Notes under the pieces: model-generated
Databases searched by the model: none
What the model was told of the DNA's origin: nothing
Seen by the model: only the letters and a program-made list of their open reading frames with translations
Shown here: positions 63,530 to 64,000 of the stretch, piece by piece
Layout: every line of letters starts with the position of its first letter
Numbering within the stretch: position 1 is the stretch's first letter
Assembly: GCA_964393745.1 (NCBI GenBank)
Contig: CAYMVA010000127.1
Span: forward strand, 2,046-66,045
DNA: 64,000 nucleotides
From: an uncultured Enterobacteriaceae bacterium
Lineage (GTDB): Bacteria; Pseudomonadota; Gammaproteobacteria; Burkholderiales; SG8-39
Direction of reading: 5' to 3'
Position numbers and translations under genes: made by a program

Positions 63530-64000
63530 ATGAACAGATTCCTTGCGGCAATCTTCGCGCTGCTGTTGCCCTTTGCGGCGGCGGCCCAATATCCGAACAA
63601 ACCGATCCGGCTGATCGTGCCGTTCCCGCCGGGTGGCGCGGCCGAGCTCGGCGCGCGCATCTTCGCTCAGCCGCTCAGCCAGGCCCTGGGCCAGACGGTG
63701 GTGATCGAGACCAAGCCCGGCGCCGACGGCGCCATCGCCGCTGACGCCACCATGAAGGCGGCGCCCGACGGCTACACGCTGTTCTACGCCACCAACACCG
63801 CCTTCTCCTGGCTGCCGGCGGTGCGCAAGTCCCCGCCCTACGACCCGCTGACCGATTTCACGCCGGTGTCGATGATCGGCCAGTTCGGCTTCTTCGTGTT
63901 CGCGCACCCGAGCGTGCCGGCGACCACCATGGGCGAGCTGCTCGCACACATCCGCGCCAACCCCGGCAAGCTCAACTACGGCAGCGGCAACAGCACCGCC
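63530..64000 (+). CDS. Bug/TctC-family tripartite tricarboxylate transporter substrate-binding protein (N-terminal part, runs off the window end)
   Basis: MNRFLAAIFALLLPFAAAAQYPNKPIRLIVPFPPGGAAELGARIFAQPLSQALGQ..VIETKPGADG.. is a hallmark Bug-family N-terminus. Confidence 0.88.
   Translation, partial: MNRFLAAIFALLLPFAAAAQYPNKPIRLIVPFPPGGAAELGARIFAQPLSQALGQTVVIETKPGADGAIAADATMKAAPDGYTLFYATNTAFSWLPAVRKSPPYDPLTDFTPVSMIGQFGFFVFAHPSVPATTMGELLAHIRANPGKLNYGSGNSTA

Overview
High-GC (roughly two-thirds G+C by eye, not computed) chromosomal segment with betaproteobacterial synteny. It is densely packed, and I support 60 protein-coding genes and 3 tRNAs.

Positions 1-43,000 are conserved housekeeping blocks:
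- bamA-rseP-dxr-cdsA-uppS-frr-pyrH-tsf-rpsB on the minus strand
- map-glnD
- def / MTAP-family / hpt / galU
- ligA-zipA-smc
- queF-dapC-dapD-(pilT-like)-dapE-prmB
- a tRNA Pro-Arg-His cluster, then dksA
- rimP-nusA-infB-rbfA-truB-rpsO-pnp
- rluB-scpB-scpA-trpS and neighbours

Positions 43,000-64,000 look accessory and form a catabolic/transport island, all on the plus strand:
- a 1156-aa fused Fe-S flavoprotein
- a translationally coupled operon: FAD subunit, fused 2Fe-2S/molybdopterin hydroxylase, 6-hydroxynicotinate-reductase-like protein, UPF0280 protein, Tat-exported nicotinamidase, and a secreted CPYC thioredoxin-fold protein
- a Liv-type ABC transporter
- a Phd/YefM-RelE/ParE toxin-antitoxin pair wedged into the operon
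- hydantoinase/oxoprolinase A and B
- two orphan periplasmic solute receptors

I saw no rRNA, CRISPR array, IS element, integrase or prophage genes.

Two signals seem most worth a second look. The first is the non-canonical nicotinate-type N-heterocycle gene set, which has no regulator in the window. The second is a family of AT-rich palindromes (TGTAAAG..CTTTACA):
- Two copies are 32/35 identical and sit exactly at cistron or domain junctions.
- One copy is written into a conserved core of the molybdopterin domain using rare codons.
- One degenerate copy lies at the toxin-antitoxin insertion point.

All coordinates, folds and family assignments were made by eye from the sequence and ORF track. 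Nothing was searched against databases.
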